Under the pieces are notes generated by a model, which was not told the DNA's origin, did not search any database, and worked only from the letters and a program-made list of their open reading frames with translations. Position numbers and translations under genes: made by a program. Below, piece after piece: positions 17,534 to 28,387 of a stretch of DNA of 64,000 bases. Position 1 is the stretch's first letter. Every line of letters starts with the position of its first letter. This DNA comes from an uncultured archaeon (GTDB taxonomy: Archaea > Thermoplasmatota > Poseidoniia > MGIII > CAYLMJ01). The DNA is taken from NCBI GenBank assembly GCA_964384995.1, contig CAYLMJ010000001.1, positions 100,408-164,407 of the forward strand, given 5' to 3'.

Positions 17534-20500
17534 ATGGCCAAACGCAGTCTTGCGCTATTCGTTCTATTCCTATTTCTCGTCACCGCCATCCTGGCGCCTC
17601 TCAATCTGATGCCCACAAGCCAGGCGGCCATCGATGGCGTCCAGCCTCCAGCCGACGGGGACTGGCTCATCGATGAGGACACCAATGTCACCGGAGAGAC
17701 CATCATCCTCAACGGCAATCTGACGGTCTACAACAACTCCAAACTGGACCTGACCGACACCACCATCAAGATGAACTGCTCCTTTGCCGGAGAGTTCGAG
17801 ATAACCGTCACCGACGGAGCCAGCCTGGTGGCCGAGAACACCACCTTCACCCGCAATGGCGACCATGACTACGGCTTCCTCTTCAACAGCGGCACCTCGG
17901 GCAGCCTGGAGGGCTCCATCGTGGAGTACGCCAACGGCACCGGCGGGGACGGCCTGACCCTCAACAGCCTCGACATCACCATCAACGATACCGTGTTCCG
18001 CGAGAGCGAGTACGGTCTGATAGCCCTTGACGAAGCCGCAATCACCAACAGCACCTTCTACAACAACACCGTGGGCCTCCTGCTGGTGGAGAGCTTCGCC
18101 GCCAACGACGTGGCCGCCGACAACACATTCGTGTGGAACACCCACAACAACAGCGCCGCCAACGTGCGTTTCATGGCCGACACCACCATCCTGGTTGAGA
18201 ACCAGTACGGCGACCCGCTGGAGGAGGCCACGGTCTATCTCAACGACACCTTCGACAACAACCGGGTGGAGAACGTCACCGACGCCAACGGCGAGTACCC
18301 GGCGGGCTGGCTGGTGGCCTGGGAGGTCCTGCCCGATGACTCCAACGTCAGCTACGAGCCCTTCGACCTGACGGCCCACAAGCTGGACCGGAGCAACCTC
18401 ACCCAGGTCTATCCCTCCGAGAGCAGTGTCCTGCTGGTGGAACTGCCCCTGAGGCCCGATCTGGTGGTGGATGAGGACGGCATCATGTGGGGCCCCTATT
18501 CCAACATCCCCAGCGTGCCGGCGGGCCGCTACAACGAGACCGAATGGTACTGGACCATCCAGGACAGCTCCGAGGACCCGCCCGACAACTGGACCCAGCT
18601 GGGTTTCAACGATTCGGCCTGGGAGCTCGCTCCGGGCCCGTTCGGGGACCAGAACCTGGGCAGTGTCAACTACAACACCCACTGGACCGAGGACAACATC
18701 GCCTACTTCAGGCACTACTTCACCCTGCCCGACAACATCATCATCTTTGGCGGCACCCTGTCATCCTCCTCCAACAACTACGGCTCCTACTACGTCAACG
18801 GCGATGAGATCTTCTCCGACTGGAGGCAGGGGGGAGGCCACGGCGCCGAATACTGGAACGACCAGGACACGGTGCGCCCAGCCCAGCTAAATGCCGGGCA
18901 GACAAACATCATGACCGCCCTGGTGGAGGAGACCGGGAACACCCAGTGGTTCGACGCCCAGCTGGATGTGTCGTACATGATGCCCGGCCGCAGTTCACTG
19001 GTGGTGGACCATCCGGTCGCCTTCCTGGTGCCGGTGGAGAACCTGGGGGTGGAGACCGCCTCCGGGGCCGACGTGAAGCTGTACAACGGCTCGAACCTCA
19101 TCGACACTCAGACCGTGGACCTGCAGGCCGGCGAGAGGAAGGAGCTCTTCTTCGAGTGGGATCCCACCGAGAGCGGCAACCAGACCCTGCGCATCGAGGT
19201 GGACGAGGGGAACACCATCGAGGAGGAGAACGAGACCAACAACAATGTCACGCTGGAGGTCTTTGTGGGCAACTACGGGGTGAATCTGACCCTCGATGGG
19301 AACCGCACCGCCACGCCCTTCAACGAATCGGTGACCTTCAACATGACCGTCGAGAACATCGGTGACATCGATGACAACGCCACCCTTTCGGTCCAGGACC
19401 TGCCCAACGGATGGTTCGCCCAGGCCGAGCCCAGCCTGCTCCCCCTGGGACCCGGTGACAGCCTCGATTCGACGCTGACCGTCCTGCCCGAGAGGGGCGC
19501 GGACGTGGGCAACTACTCCTTCCATGTGGTGGCCACCTCCCAGCACGAGATGGGCTCCTCCACCAGGCTCGAACCGGTGGTGTTCTCGGGCAGGGACAAC
19601 GGGACCGAATACCGGTACAAGAAGTACGACGACGACGATGATGTTCCAGGCAGCTGGTATCAGCCAGGATTCAACGACACCAACTGGAGTACCGGTGACG
19701 GGCCCTTTGGCAACCAGCAGAATGCCGGTGTTGATTACGGAACATACTGGCAGTCCACCAATGCCAGCGGGAACGATGGAGACAACGATTACATCGCCAC
19801 CCGCCACTATTTCGACTACAAGCCCAACGACGCCGTGATCGGGGCCTACTTCAACATCGCCTACGACAATTACTTCGCGGTCTATCTCAACGGGGATGAG
19901 GTCAGGGACTGCCTCAGCTACAGCGGCTACTGCTACGAATCGGACGTCGAGTACTGGAACCGGCAGATCGACGTGGACGAGGACCTGCTGTTGGAGGGCC
20001 GGAACGTGCTGGCCGTCATGGGCCGTGACAGCCTGTGGCAGGGCGGCAACGGCAACCAGTGGCTGGACATGGAACTGGTGGTGGAGATCAAGGTCATCCT
20101 GGGAAGCGGCCGGGAGGTCACCATCGAGGTCGAGCCGACCCACGATTTCGACCTTCAGGGTTACAGCGCGGAGCGGAACCACGCCACCAACACCTCCAAC
20201 ATCTATCCCATCCGGCTGACCAACTACGGCCATTTCAACGAGACCCTCCAGGCCGAGCTCACCGTCCTCGATTCCACCGGGGACTGGACCGCCGACCTGG
20301 TCAACTCCAGCCTCAACGTGACCGCCGGGGCCACCGACCAGTTCGGCATCGATGTCTTCGGCGAGCCCACCCTGGAGACCACCGACTACCTGAACCTCTC
20401 GGTGGACCTGTGGATGGAGGGCCTGCCGTGGATCAACTACACCTACTATCTCAACCTCACCGCCGAACCTCCCTTCCACCAATTCAGCCTGGACGAGTAC

Positions 20501-23014
20501 TACGGCGACGAGGAACAGCTCAACGGCACCACGATCACCTACTACATCGACATCAACAACGAAGGCAACGTGCTGGACACCTTCGTCCCCACCCTCAACA
20601 TCACCGGCATCAGCGGCACCTGGGACGTATCGTTCACCACCACCAGCCTGGGCATCCACGCCTACTCCGAGGCCCAACTGGGCGTCATCGTGGAGACCGA
20701 CGAGGACCTGCGCTTCTGGGACTACCTCAACCTCACGGTGAACCTCACCATCGTGGAGGCTCCCGAGCTGTACCAGGTCTTCACCCTGAACCTCACCCCC
20801 ATCTTCAACGACAACGACCCGCCCGACACCAACGTGGTGGAGATGGAGCGCTGGGCCAGGGAGTCCACCATCACCGTCGAGTGGGAGGTCACCCGCGACC
20901 GCGACGACACCGCTTACTTCTACATCTACTACAAGACCATGGACCCCAACGGCACCATCTCGGACTACCAGCTCTGGGACACCTACCCGGCCAACGTCAC
21001 CTCCGACACCTTCGACGTTCAACACGGCTGGGTCTACTACTTCTACAGCCTGGGCCAGGACGGCTCCAACAACCTGGAACTGGACCGCGGCACCTACGAT
21101 GCCTACGTCATCGTCGACCTCGAGCCGCCCACCTCGGGCTTCTGGCTCACCGAGCTGGGAGAGGGCGTGGCCAAGGGCATCACCAACGCCACCGAGCTGG
21201 GACTCAACTGGGAACCGATCAACGCCACCGAGGCCAATCCCGATTACGACTTCACCATCCAGGTCCGCAATCGCACCCTGGCCGGGACCTTCGGACCCTG
21301 GGTCACCATCGATGAGCTGGACAACGTGAGCATCCAGCAGGGTGAGTACAACCCCCTGGACGGACGTATCTACCAGTTCCGCTCCATCGCCACCGATGAA
21401 GCGGGATGGGTCGAGGACAAGATCAACTGGGACGTGCAGGTCACCATCGACGCCTCGCCTCCCCGCTCGGGACTCGAGCTGCCGCCCGCCATCACCAAGA
21501 CCGAATCCCACATCCTGAACCTGGTCTACGAGGACAAGGACGATGTGGAGCGTCTGCAGGTCCATTACGCCCACTTCCCCGATGGCGAACCACCCATCGA
21601 GTATACCTGGCTCAACGGTGGCTCGTTCCAGGGGGCCAACGTGCCCGACGAGCTCACCTTCAGTCAGCTGAAGGACGGCCAGCGCTACATCTACCGGCTC
21701 ATGACCACCGATGACAACGACAACCAGGAGGTGCGAGAGGGGGTCGTGGAGCACTACACCGGCAACGGCAGTCACGGCCAGTCCATCAAGCTGGCCAAGC
21801 TCCCCGTGCCCGCCCCCACCGTGCCCTACAGCCGGGTGACCGTTGTGGTGGAGGGGGTGCAGGAGACGACCCTGCTGGAGTACTTCGAATGGGACGATAT
21901 CCCGGCCTACAAGAACACCGCCTTTCATCTTGATTACGATACCGGGACCATCCACTTTGGCGACGCCTCCACCGGCTACGTGCCCTTCGACGGCGCGAGA
22001 CTGCGCATCACCTACGACGCCTACGATGCCTGGACCGTGGTGGATACCAGCGCCCCCAACGCCCCCAGCGTCATCCACCGCTTCGCCTTCGATGGCGAGG
22101 CCGGCACCGCCACCCTGAGCTGGCATCCCTCCAGCAGTGACGATGTGGTGGCCTACCGCCTGGAGATGGCCACCGACATCTCCGGTCCCTGGACCGAGGT
22201 GGACACCATCCCCGCACCCGCCGAGAACCGTGACATCAACGACATCGTCGTCGAGGGGCTCTCGGCCGATACAAAGTACCACTTCCATGTCATCGCCATC
22301 GACCGCGCCGACTGGGAATCGACCCCCAACAACCCCATCACCGTCAACGAGAAGCCGGTGACCAGCGACGGCGACGATGACGATGGCGGCACGGGCTCGG
22401 GGGCCCTGCTGATCCTCCTGCTGGTCCTGCTGGCCTTTGCCGGAGGCATGGCCTTCATCCTCAACAAGCGCAAGGAGGCCATCACCGCCCCGGTGGTGGA
22501 AGGACTGCCAGCGGCACCGGCCGGTGAGCTGGTTGCGGTGACCGGGGAGACTGCGGATATCACCCAGGCCACCGGCGTTGTGGTGGCCGCCGATGACGAA
22601 CCGAACTTCGAGGCCATCGAGGGTTCCGATGGAGAGTTCTCCTGCATGGCCTGTGGGAACATCTTCAAACCCGAGCCGGATGACGGGGCCATCACGTGCA
22701 CCGCCTGCGGGCAGACCGAGGAGGCCCCGGCGGCACCAGCCGAACCGGTGACCGAGGACCCGGGGAAACCTGAGGCCGGGGGCGATGAGGGGCCCAAGGA
22801 AGCCGAAGGGCCGGCGGTGACCGAAACGGAAGAGGTGAAGGCCGAACCCGTCGTGGAATCCGTGAAAGCCGAGGAAACCGCGGGGGAGGCGAAGGTGGAG
22901 GCTGAAGAACCAGCGGCGCCGGCGGAACCCGCCGAGCCTGCGGAGGAGGCCCCAACGGCCCAGCAAGAGGAAGCAGAGGCAACCCCGGCAGGCGATGAGG
23001 ATACCACGAACTGA
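17534..23014 (+). CDS. Giant surface glycoprotein paralog 1: beta-helix, two galactose-binding-like cassettes, CARDB, NEW3/Ig repeats, baseplate-like insert, FN3, TM, Zn ribbon, acidic tail
   Basis: GGTGA-N4-ATG; signal peptide MAKRSLALFVLFLFLVTAILAPL; CARDB end EVDEGNTIEEENETNN; cassette motifs W....FNDSAW....GPFG and YFRHYF; FN3 APNAPS...TATLSW...VVAYRL...YHFHVIAID; TM; CMAC..CTAC. Confidence 0.88.
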   Translation: MAKRSLALFVLFLFLVTAILAPLNLMPTSQAAIDGVQPPADGDWLIDEDTNVTGETIILNGNLTVYNNSKLDLTDTTIKMNCSFAGEFEITVTDGASLVAENTTFTRNGDHDYGFLFNSGTSGSLEGSIVEYANGTGGDGLTLNSLDITINDTVFRESEYGLIALDEAAITNSTFYNNTVGLLLVESFAANDVAADNTFVWNTHNNSAANVRFMADTTILVENQYGDPLEEATVYLNDTFDNNRVENVTDANGEYPAGWLVAWEVLPDDSNVSYEPFDLTAHKLDRSNLTQVYPSESSVLLVELPLRPDLVVDEDGIMWGPYSNIPSVPAGRYNETEWYWTIQDSSEDPPDNWTQLGFNDSAWELAPGPFGDQNLGSVNYNTHWTEDNIAYFRHYFTLPDNIIIFGGTLSSSSNNYGSYYVNGDEIFSDWRQGGGHGAEYWNDQDTVRPAQLNAGQTNIMTALVEETGNTQWFDAQLDVSYMMPGRSSLVVDHPVAFLVPVENLGVETASGADVKLYNGSNLIDTQTVDLQAGERKELFFEWDPTESGNQTLRIEVDEGNTIEEENETNNNVTLEVFVGNYGVNLTLDGNRTATPFNESVTFNMTVENIGDIDDNATLSVQDLPNGWFAQAEPSLLPLGPGDSLDSTLTVLPERGADVGNYSFHVVATSQHEMGSSTRLEPVVFSGRDNGTEYRYKKYDDDDDVPGSWYQPGFNDTNWSTGDGPFGNQQNAGVDYGTYWQSTNASGNDGDNDYIATRHYFDYKPNDAVIGAYFNIAYDNYFAVYLNGDEVRDCLSYSGYCYESDVEYWNRQIDVDEDLLLEGRNVLAVMGRDSLWQGGNGNQWLDMELVVEIKVILGSGREVTIEVEPTHDFDLQGYSAERNHATNTSNIYPIRLTNYGHFNETLQAELTVLDSTGDWTADLVNSSLNVTAGATDQFGIDVFGEPTLETTDYLNLSVDLWMEGLPWINYTYYLNLTAEPPFHQFSLDEYYGDEEQLNGTTITYYIDINNEGNVLDTFVPTLNITGISGTWDVSFTTTSLGIHAYSEAQLGVIVETDEDLRFWDYLNLTVNLTIVEAPELYQVFTLNLTPIFNDNDPPDTNVVEMERWARESTITVEWEVTRDRDDTAYFYIYYKTMDPNGTISDYQLWDTYPANVTSDTFDVQHGWVYYFYSLGQDGSNNLELDRGTYDAYVIVDLEPPTSGFWLTELGEGVAKGITNATELGLNWEPINATEANPDYDFTIQVRNRTLAGTFGPWVTIDELDNVSIQQGEYNPLDGRIYQFRSIATDEAGWVEDKINWDVQVTIDASPPRSGLELPPAITKTESHILNLVYEDKDDVERLQVHYAHFPDGEPPIEYTWLNGGSFQGANVPDELTFSQLKDGQRYIYRLMTTDDNDNQEVREGVVEHYTGNGSHGQSIKLAKLPVPAPTVPYSRVTVVVEGVQETTLLEYFEWDDIPAYKNTAFHLDYDTGTIHFGDASTGYVPFDGARLRITYDAYDAWTVVDTSAPNAPSVIHRFAFDGEAGTATLSWHPSSSDDVVAYRLEMATDISGPWTEVDTIPAPAENRDINDIVVEGLSADTKYHFHVIAIDRADWESTPNNPITVNEKPVTSDGDDDDGGTGSGALLILLLVLLAFAGGMAFILNKRKEAITAPVVEGLPAAPAGELVAVTGETADITQATGVVVAADDEPNFEAIEGSDGEFSCMACGNIFKPEPDDGAITCTACGQTEEAPAAPAEPVTEDPGKPEAGGDEGPKEAEGPAVTETEEVKAEPVVESVKAEETAGEAKVEAEEPAAPAEPAEPAEEAPTAQQEEAEATPAGDEDTTN

Positions 23015-23067
23015 AAGACCGTTGGATAAGGATTAATCCCATCCGCCCTTCCCGCCGCTCTCGTCAA

Positions 23068-23075
23068 TTATATAT
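23068..23075 (+). promoter_or_regulatory. TATA box of paralog 2 (TTATATAT), flanked by TCAAT/ATTGA inverted arms
   Basis: TCAAT-TATATAT-ATTGA at 23064-23080. Paralogs 1 and 3 have their own TATA-like tracts at about 17484-17498 and 28488-28495. Confidence 0.6.
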
Positions 23076-23110
23076 ATTGAATTGGGTTGCCAACCTTGCG
23101 GGTGAATATC

Positions 23111-26100
23111 TTGGCCAAACGCAGTCTTGCGCTTCTCGTTCTATTTATCTTTCTCGTCACCGCCATCGTGGTGCCCCTGAACTGGCTGCCCAACTCCCAG
23201 GCGGCCATTGTCGGGGTCCAGCCTCCGGCCGATGGGGACTGGGTGATCGATGAGAATACCACGGTGACCGATGAGACCGTAGTGCTCAATGGAAATCTCG
23301 TGGTCACCAACAGCTCGAAACTGAGCCTGGTAGATTCCACCATCAAGCTCAACTGCACTGCCGATGGCGATTACGGCATAATGGTCGGCGATGGAAGCAG
23401 CCTGGAGGCCAGCAATACCATCTTTACCCGCAATGGCGACCATGCCTACACCTTTTACCTCGCCGAGGGCTCGACCGGCATCCTGGAAGGCTCCACGGTG
23501 GAGTACGCCGCAGGCAGTGGCGATGACGGCCCGTTGATGTACACCTCCGATCTGGTCATCAACAACACCGTGTTCCGAGAGAGCGAGTACGGGCTGGCCA
23601 TCACCGGAAGCGCGACCATCACCAACAGCACCTTCTACAACAACACCTTGGGCCTGCTGTTCTACGGCGGGGTAGCCGCCAACGACGTGGTGGCCGACAA
23701 CCTCTTCGAGAAGGACGGCTTCAACAACAGCGCCGCCAAGGTGCGCTACGCGGTCACCCCCACCATCACGGTGGTGGACCACAACGAGGCCCCGGTGGAG
23801 GATGCCACGGTCTACCTCAACGACACCTTCGCCACCAACGTGGTGGACGATGTCACCGATGGCGATGGCAAGTCCTATCCCGACATACTGGTGACGGCCT
23901 GGGAGATCCAGAACGACGACACCAACGTCAGCTACGAGCCCTACGACCTGACGGCCCTGAAGCTGGGCAAGGAGAACACCACCCAGGTCAACCCCTCCCA
24001 GGGCAGTGACCTGGATGTCGAACTGCCCCTGAGGGCCGACCTGACGGTGGACGGGGCCGAGCTGATGTGGGGTCCCGGAGGTTCTATCCCCCTGGTGCCC
24101 GCAGGACGTGACAACGACACGCTGTTCACCTACAACCTTTACTTCAACACCGATGACATTCCCGATGGCTGGTACGAGACCGACTACAATGACAGCGATT
24201 GGCTCACAGGTGCCGCACCCTTTGGAGATCGCCAGACCCAAGGGGTCGATGAGAACACTGACTGGGACGAGAACTCAGAGAGCTGGCTGCCCACCCGCCA
24301 TTGGTTCTACCTCCCGGACGACATCACAATCGACGATATTGTACTGAACATCGCCTTCAACAACTACGCATTACCCTACATCAACGGTCATCTCATCTTT
24401 GATGAGAGGGGAGGAGACCAACATGGTGCTCAATACTGGAACAACGACGGCATGGCCACCCTCAACAATGACTGGTTGAACTTCGGCGGCTACAACCTGC
24501 TGGCCGTGAGAGGCCATGACGGAGGTGGAGGCGGTTACAACAGCCAGTGGCTGGACATGGAACTGATGGCCAACTACGTGGACGTGGGCCGCCTGGGCCT
24601 GGTGGTGGACCAAGAGGTCATCGTGGTCTTCCCGGTGGAGAACCAGGGAGTGGCGGAAGCCCAGGGCGCGGCGGTGGAGCTCTACAACGGCTCGACCCTC
24701 ATCGGCTCGACCTCCTTCGATATCGCGGCAGGAGGCACCCGGGATGTGAGCTTCGAGTGGACCCCCGACACCAGGGGCTACGAGAACCTGACGGTGAAGC
24801 TGGACCCGGACGACTCCATCGAGGAGGAGCTGGAGGACAACAACGAGGCCCTCGTGGAGGTCTTCGTGGGCGACTTCGGGGTCAACATCACCACGGATTC
24901 CAACACCTCGGCCAAACGCTTCAACGAAACGGTCTACTTCGATCTCAACCTCACCAACGTAGGTGACATCGATGACAACATCACCCTGATGGTCAATGGT
25001 CTGCCCCGTGACTGGGAGGTCATCCTGACCCCCGAACTGGCACCCCTGGGACCCGGCAACAGCACCATCGTGAACCTGACCATCCATCCCGAGGTCGGTG
25101 CCGACACCGGTTTCTATGACTTCTCGGTGGTGGCCACCTCCAAGTACGGCGGCACCCAGAGCTTCGGCGTCGTTCCCTCGGGCCTTGACAACGAGACCCA
25201 GTGGAAATGGCTCGAGGACCTGGCGGAGGAGGACGATATCCCCGAGAACTGGACCAAGTTCGATTTCGACGATTCAAGCTGGGATTGGGATCCGGCACCC
25301 TTTGGCGATAGTGACCTGGGTGGCGGCAGGGACCGCAACACCGAGTGGTCCGGGAACGAGGAGCACGCTCTCTTCAGGCATTACTTCACCATCCCAAGCG
25401 TGGACGGGGTCATTCAAGGGGCCACCATGGGTTTCTCATCCAACAACTACGGCTCCTATTACCTGAACGAGGAGCTGCTCTTTTCCGATTGGAACGATGG
25501 GCAAGGCCACGGGGCCGAGTACTGGAACGAGGAGGATGCGGTGGATCTCTCCCTCCTGCGCATGGATGAGGTCAATCTGGTGGCCTGCCTGGTGGAGGAA
25601 AGGACCAACACCCAGTGGTTCGATGCCGCCCTCTATCTCGATGTCCTGCTGGGTTCCGTCCAGCCCGCCTCGGTGGAGATCGAACCCACCCATTTCTTCG
25701 ACCTGAACCAGTACGCCGCCGCCCGCAACCACCCCACCAACACCACCCAGTACTACCCCATCCGCATGACCAACTTCGGCCATTTCGAGGATGTCATCCA
25801 GGCCGAGCTCACCATCCTCGATTCCACCGGCGATTGGACCGCCCAGCTGGTCAACACCAGCCGCACCATGGCCGCCGGGGCCGCCGACCAGTTCGACATC
25901 GAGGTCTTCGGCGAGCCCACGCTGGAGAGCACCGACTACATGAACCTCTCGGTGGACCTGTGGATGGAGGACCTGCCGTGGATCAAGTACACCTACCACC
26001 TCAACCTCACCGCCGAGCCTCCCTTCCACGAGTTCGATCTGGACGCCTACTACGCCGACGAGATGCAGCTCAACGGCACCACGATCACCTACTACATCGA

Positions 26101-28387
26101 CATCAACAACCTGGGCAACGTCCAGGACACCTTCGTTCCCACCCTCAACATCACCGGCATCAGCGGCATCTGGGACGTTTCGTTCAGCAGCGCCAACCTC
26201 TCCATCCACGCCTACAGCGAGGCGCAACTGGGCATCATCGTGGAGTCCGACGAGGACCTGCGCTTCTGGGATTACCTCAATCTCACGGTGAACCTCACCA
26301 TCGTGCGCGCCCCCGAGCTTTACCACATCTTCACATTGAACATCACCCCCTACTTCAACGACAACGACCCGCCCGACACCAACGTGGTGGAGCTGGAGCG
26401 CTGGGCCAGGGAGTCCAACATCACCATCGAGTGGGAGGTCACCCGCGATCGCGACGACACCGCCTACTTCTACGTCTACTACAGGACCATGGACCCCGAC
26501 GGGGCCACTTCCGATTACGAGCTGTGGGACATCTACCCGGCCAATGTCTCCTCCGACACCTTCGAGGTGGAGCATGGCTGGGTCTACTACTTCTACAGCC
26601 TGGGCCAGGACGGCTCAAACAACCTGGAGCTGGACCGCGGAACCTACGACACCTACGTCATCGTCGACCTCGAGCCGCCCACCTCGGGCTTCTGGCTCAC
26701 CGAGCTGGGAGAGGGCGTGGCCAAGGGCATCTCCAACAGCACCGAGCTGGGACTCAACTGGGAGCCGGTCAACGCCACCGAGGACAATCCCGACTACGAC
26801 TATACCATCCAGGTCCGCAATCGCACCTTGGCCGGGGCCTTCGGACCCTGGGCCACCATCGAGGGTCTCAACAACGTGAGCATCCAGCAGGGCGAGTACA
26901 ACCCCCTGGACGGACGCATCTACCAGTTCCGCTCCATCGCCACCGACGAGGCGGGATGGGTCGAGGACAAGATCCACTGGGACGTGCAGGTCACCATCGA
27001 CGCCTCACCACCCCGTTCGGGACTCGAGAGGCCGCCCGCCATCACCAAGACCGACACCCACACCCTGGACCTGGTCTACGACGACAAGGACGATGTGGAG
27101 CGTCTGCAGGTCCATTTCGCCCAGTTCCCCGACGGCGAGCCGCCCATCGAGTACACCTGGCTCAATGGCGGCTCCTTCCAGGGCGCCAACGTGCCCGACG
27201 AACTGACCTTCAGCCAGCTCAAGGACGGCCAGCGCTACATCTACCGGCTCATGGCCACCGATGACAATCACAACCAGGAGGTGCGGGAGGGCATCGTGGA
27301 ATACTACACCGGCAACGGCAGTCACGGCCAATCCCTTAAGCTCGCCAAGCTCCCCGTGCCCGCCCCCACCGTGCCCTACAGCCGGGTGACCGTGGTGGTC
27401 GAGGGAGTGGAGGATACCACTCTCCTGGAGTACTTCCAGTGGGACGACATCCCGGCCTACAAGAACACCGCCTTCCATCTCGATTACGACACCGGGACCA
27501 TCAACTTCGGCGACGCCTCCACCGGCTACGTGCCCTTCGATGGCGCGAAACTGCGTATCACCTACGACGCCTACGACGCCTGGACCGTGGTGGACACCAG
27601 CGCCCCCAACGCCCCCAGCGCCATCCACCGCTTCGCCTTCGATGGCGAGGCAGGCACAGCCACCCTCAGCTGGCACCCCTCCAGCAGTGACGACGTGGTG
27701 GCCTACCGCCTGGAGATGGCAACCGATATATCCGGTCCCTGGACCGAGGTGGAGACCATACCCGCCCCCGCCGAGAACCGTGACATCAACGACATCGTGG
27801 TCGATGGACTCTCGGCCGATACCAAGTACCACTTCCATGTCATCGCCATCGACCGCGCCGACTGGGAGTCGGGACCCAACAACCCCATCACCGTCAACGA
27901 GAAGCCCGTCACCAGCAACGGCGACGATGACGATGGCGGTTCGGGCTCGGGGGTCCTGCTCATGCTCCTGCTGGTGGTCCTGGCCTTCGCCGGAGCCATG
28001 GCCTTCATCCTCAACAAACGGCGGACCGACATGCTGGAATCCGACGTGGAAGGTACCCCGGTCGCCGCAACCGGCCAGCTGGTCCCGGTGACCGGCGAGG
28101 TGGCTGCCGGAGCGGGGCTGGCGGTGGTGGAGGAGGAGACCGGTTTCGAGGAGGTCCCCGACTCGGAGGGCGAGTTCGCCTGTCTGGCCTGTGGGATGTT
28201 CTTCAGACCCGATGATGCGGGACCCACCCTGACCTGTCCGGCCTGCGCCCAGGTCGAGGACCGCCCCGGGAACGAGGAAGTTTCGGTGGCGGATGAAGGT
28301 TCCAAGGCCGAGGTCGCCGACCCGGCGGATGAACCCGTCGAGGTCGCAGCGGATGAGGCCGAGACTGAAGAGGATCCAGCCCAGTAA
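23111..28387 (+). CDS. Giant surface glycoprotein paralog 2 (same architecture)
   Basis: GGTGA (23101-23105) then TTG at 23111 gives (M)AKRSLALLVLF, matching the N-terminus of paralog 1. Colinear with paralog 1 at a fixed 5550-nt offset over about 2.2 kb. Tail CLAC..CPAC. Confidence 0.88.
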   Translation: MAKRSLALLVLFIFLVTAIVVPLNWLPNSQAAIVGVQPPADGDWVIDENTTVTDETVVLNGNLVVTNSSKLSLVDSTIKLNCTADGDYGIMVGDGSSLEASNTIFTRNGDHAYTFYLAEGSTGILEGSTVEYAAGSGDDGPLMYTSDLVINNTVFRESEYGLAITGSATITNSTFYNNTLGLLFYGGVAANDVVADNLFEKDGFNNSAAKVRYAVTPTITVVDHNEAPVEDATVYLNDTFATNVVDDVTDGDGKSYPDILVTAWEIQNDDTNVSYEPYDLTALKLGKENTTQVNPSQGSDLDVELPLRADLTVDGAELMWGPGGSIPLVPAGRDNDTLFTYNLYFNTDDIPDGWYETDYNDSDWLTGAAPFGDRQTQGVDENTDWDENSESWLPTRHWFYLPDDITIDDIVLNIAFNNYALPYINGHLIFDERGGDQHGAQYWNNDGMATLNNDWLNFGGYNLLAVRGHDGGGGGYNSQWLDMELMANYVDVGRLGLVVDQEVIVVFPVENQGVAEAQGAAVELYNGSTLIGSTSFDIAAGGTRDVSFEWTPDTRGYENLTVKLDPDDSIEEELEDNNEALVEVFVGDFGVNITTDSNTSAKRFNETVYFDLNLTNVGDIDDNITLMVNGLPRDWEVILTPELAPLGPGNSTIVNLTIHPEVGADTGFYDFSVVATSKYGGTQSFGVVPSGLDNETQWKWLEDLAEEDDIPENWTKFDFDDSSWDWDPAPFGDSDLGGGRDRNTEWSGNEEHALFRHYFTIPSVDGVIQGATMGFSSNNYGSYYLNEELLFSDWNDGQGHGAEYWNEEDAVDLSLLRMDEVNLVACLVEERTNTQWFDAALYLDVLLGSVQPASVEIEPTHFFDLNQYAAARNHPTNTTQYYPIRMTNFGHFEDVIQAELTILDSTGDWTAQLVNTSRTMAAGAADQFDIEVFGEPTLESTDYMNLSVDLWMEDLPWIKYTYHLNLTAEPPFHEFDLDAYYADEMQLNGTTITYYIDINNLGNVQDTFVPTLNITGISGIWDVSFSSANLSIHAYSEAQLGIIVESDEDLRFWDYLNLTVNLTIVRAPELYHIFTLNITPYFNDNDPPDTNVVELERWARESNITIEWEVTRDRDDTAYFYVYYRTMDPDGATSDYELWDIYPANVSSDTFEVEHGWVYYFYSLGQDGSNNLELDRGTYDTYVIVDLEPPTSGFWLTELGEGVAKGISNSTELGLNWEPVNATEDNPDYDYTIQVRNRTLAGAFGPWATIEGLNNVSIQQGEYNPLDGRIYQFRSIATDEAGWVEDKIHWDVQVTIDASPPRSGLERPPAITKTDTHTLDLVYDDKDDVERLQVHFAQFPDGEPPIEYTWLNGGSFQGANVPDELTFSQLKDGQRYIYRLMATDDNHNQEVREGIVEYYTGNGSHGQSLKLAKLPVPAPTVPYSRVTVVVEGVEDTTLLEYFQWDDIPAYKNTAFHLDYDTGTINFGDASTGYVPFDGAKLRITYDAYDAWTVVDTSAPNAPSAIHRFAFDGEAGTATLSWHPSSSDDVVAYRLEMATDISGPWTEVETIPAPAENRDINDIVVDGLSADTKYHFHVIAIDRADWESGPNNPITVNEKPVTSNGDDDDGGSGSGVLLMLLLVVLAFAGAMAFILNKRRTDMLESDVEGTPVAATGQLVPVTGEVAAGAGLAVVEEETGFEEVPDSEGEFACLACGMFFRPDDAGPTLTCPACAQVEDRPGNEEVSVADEGSKAEVADPADEPVEVAADEAETEEDPAQ

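Noticed and set aside
18995-22966. 1323-aa minus-strand ORF (also 33807..37073, 10068..12002, 12261..13523, 56262..57944, 62357..63922 and many V/G/L-rich ORFs)
   Set aside because: Antisense shadows of real genes caused by GC-rich codon bias; no motifs, start signals or plausible composition.
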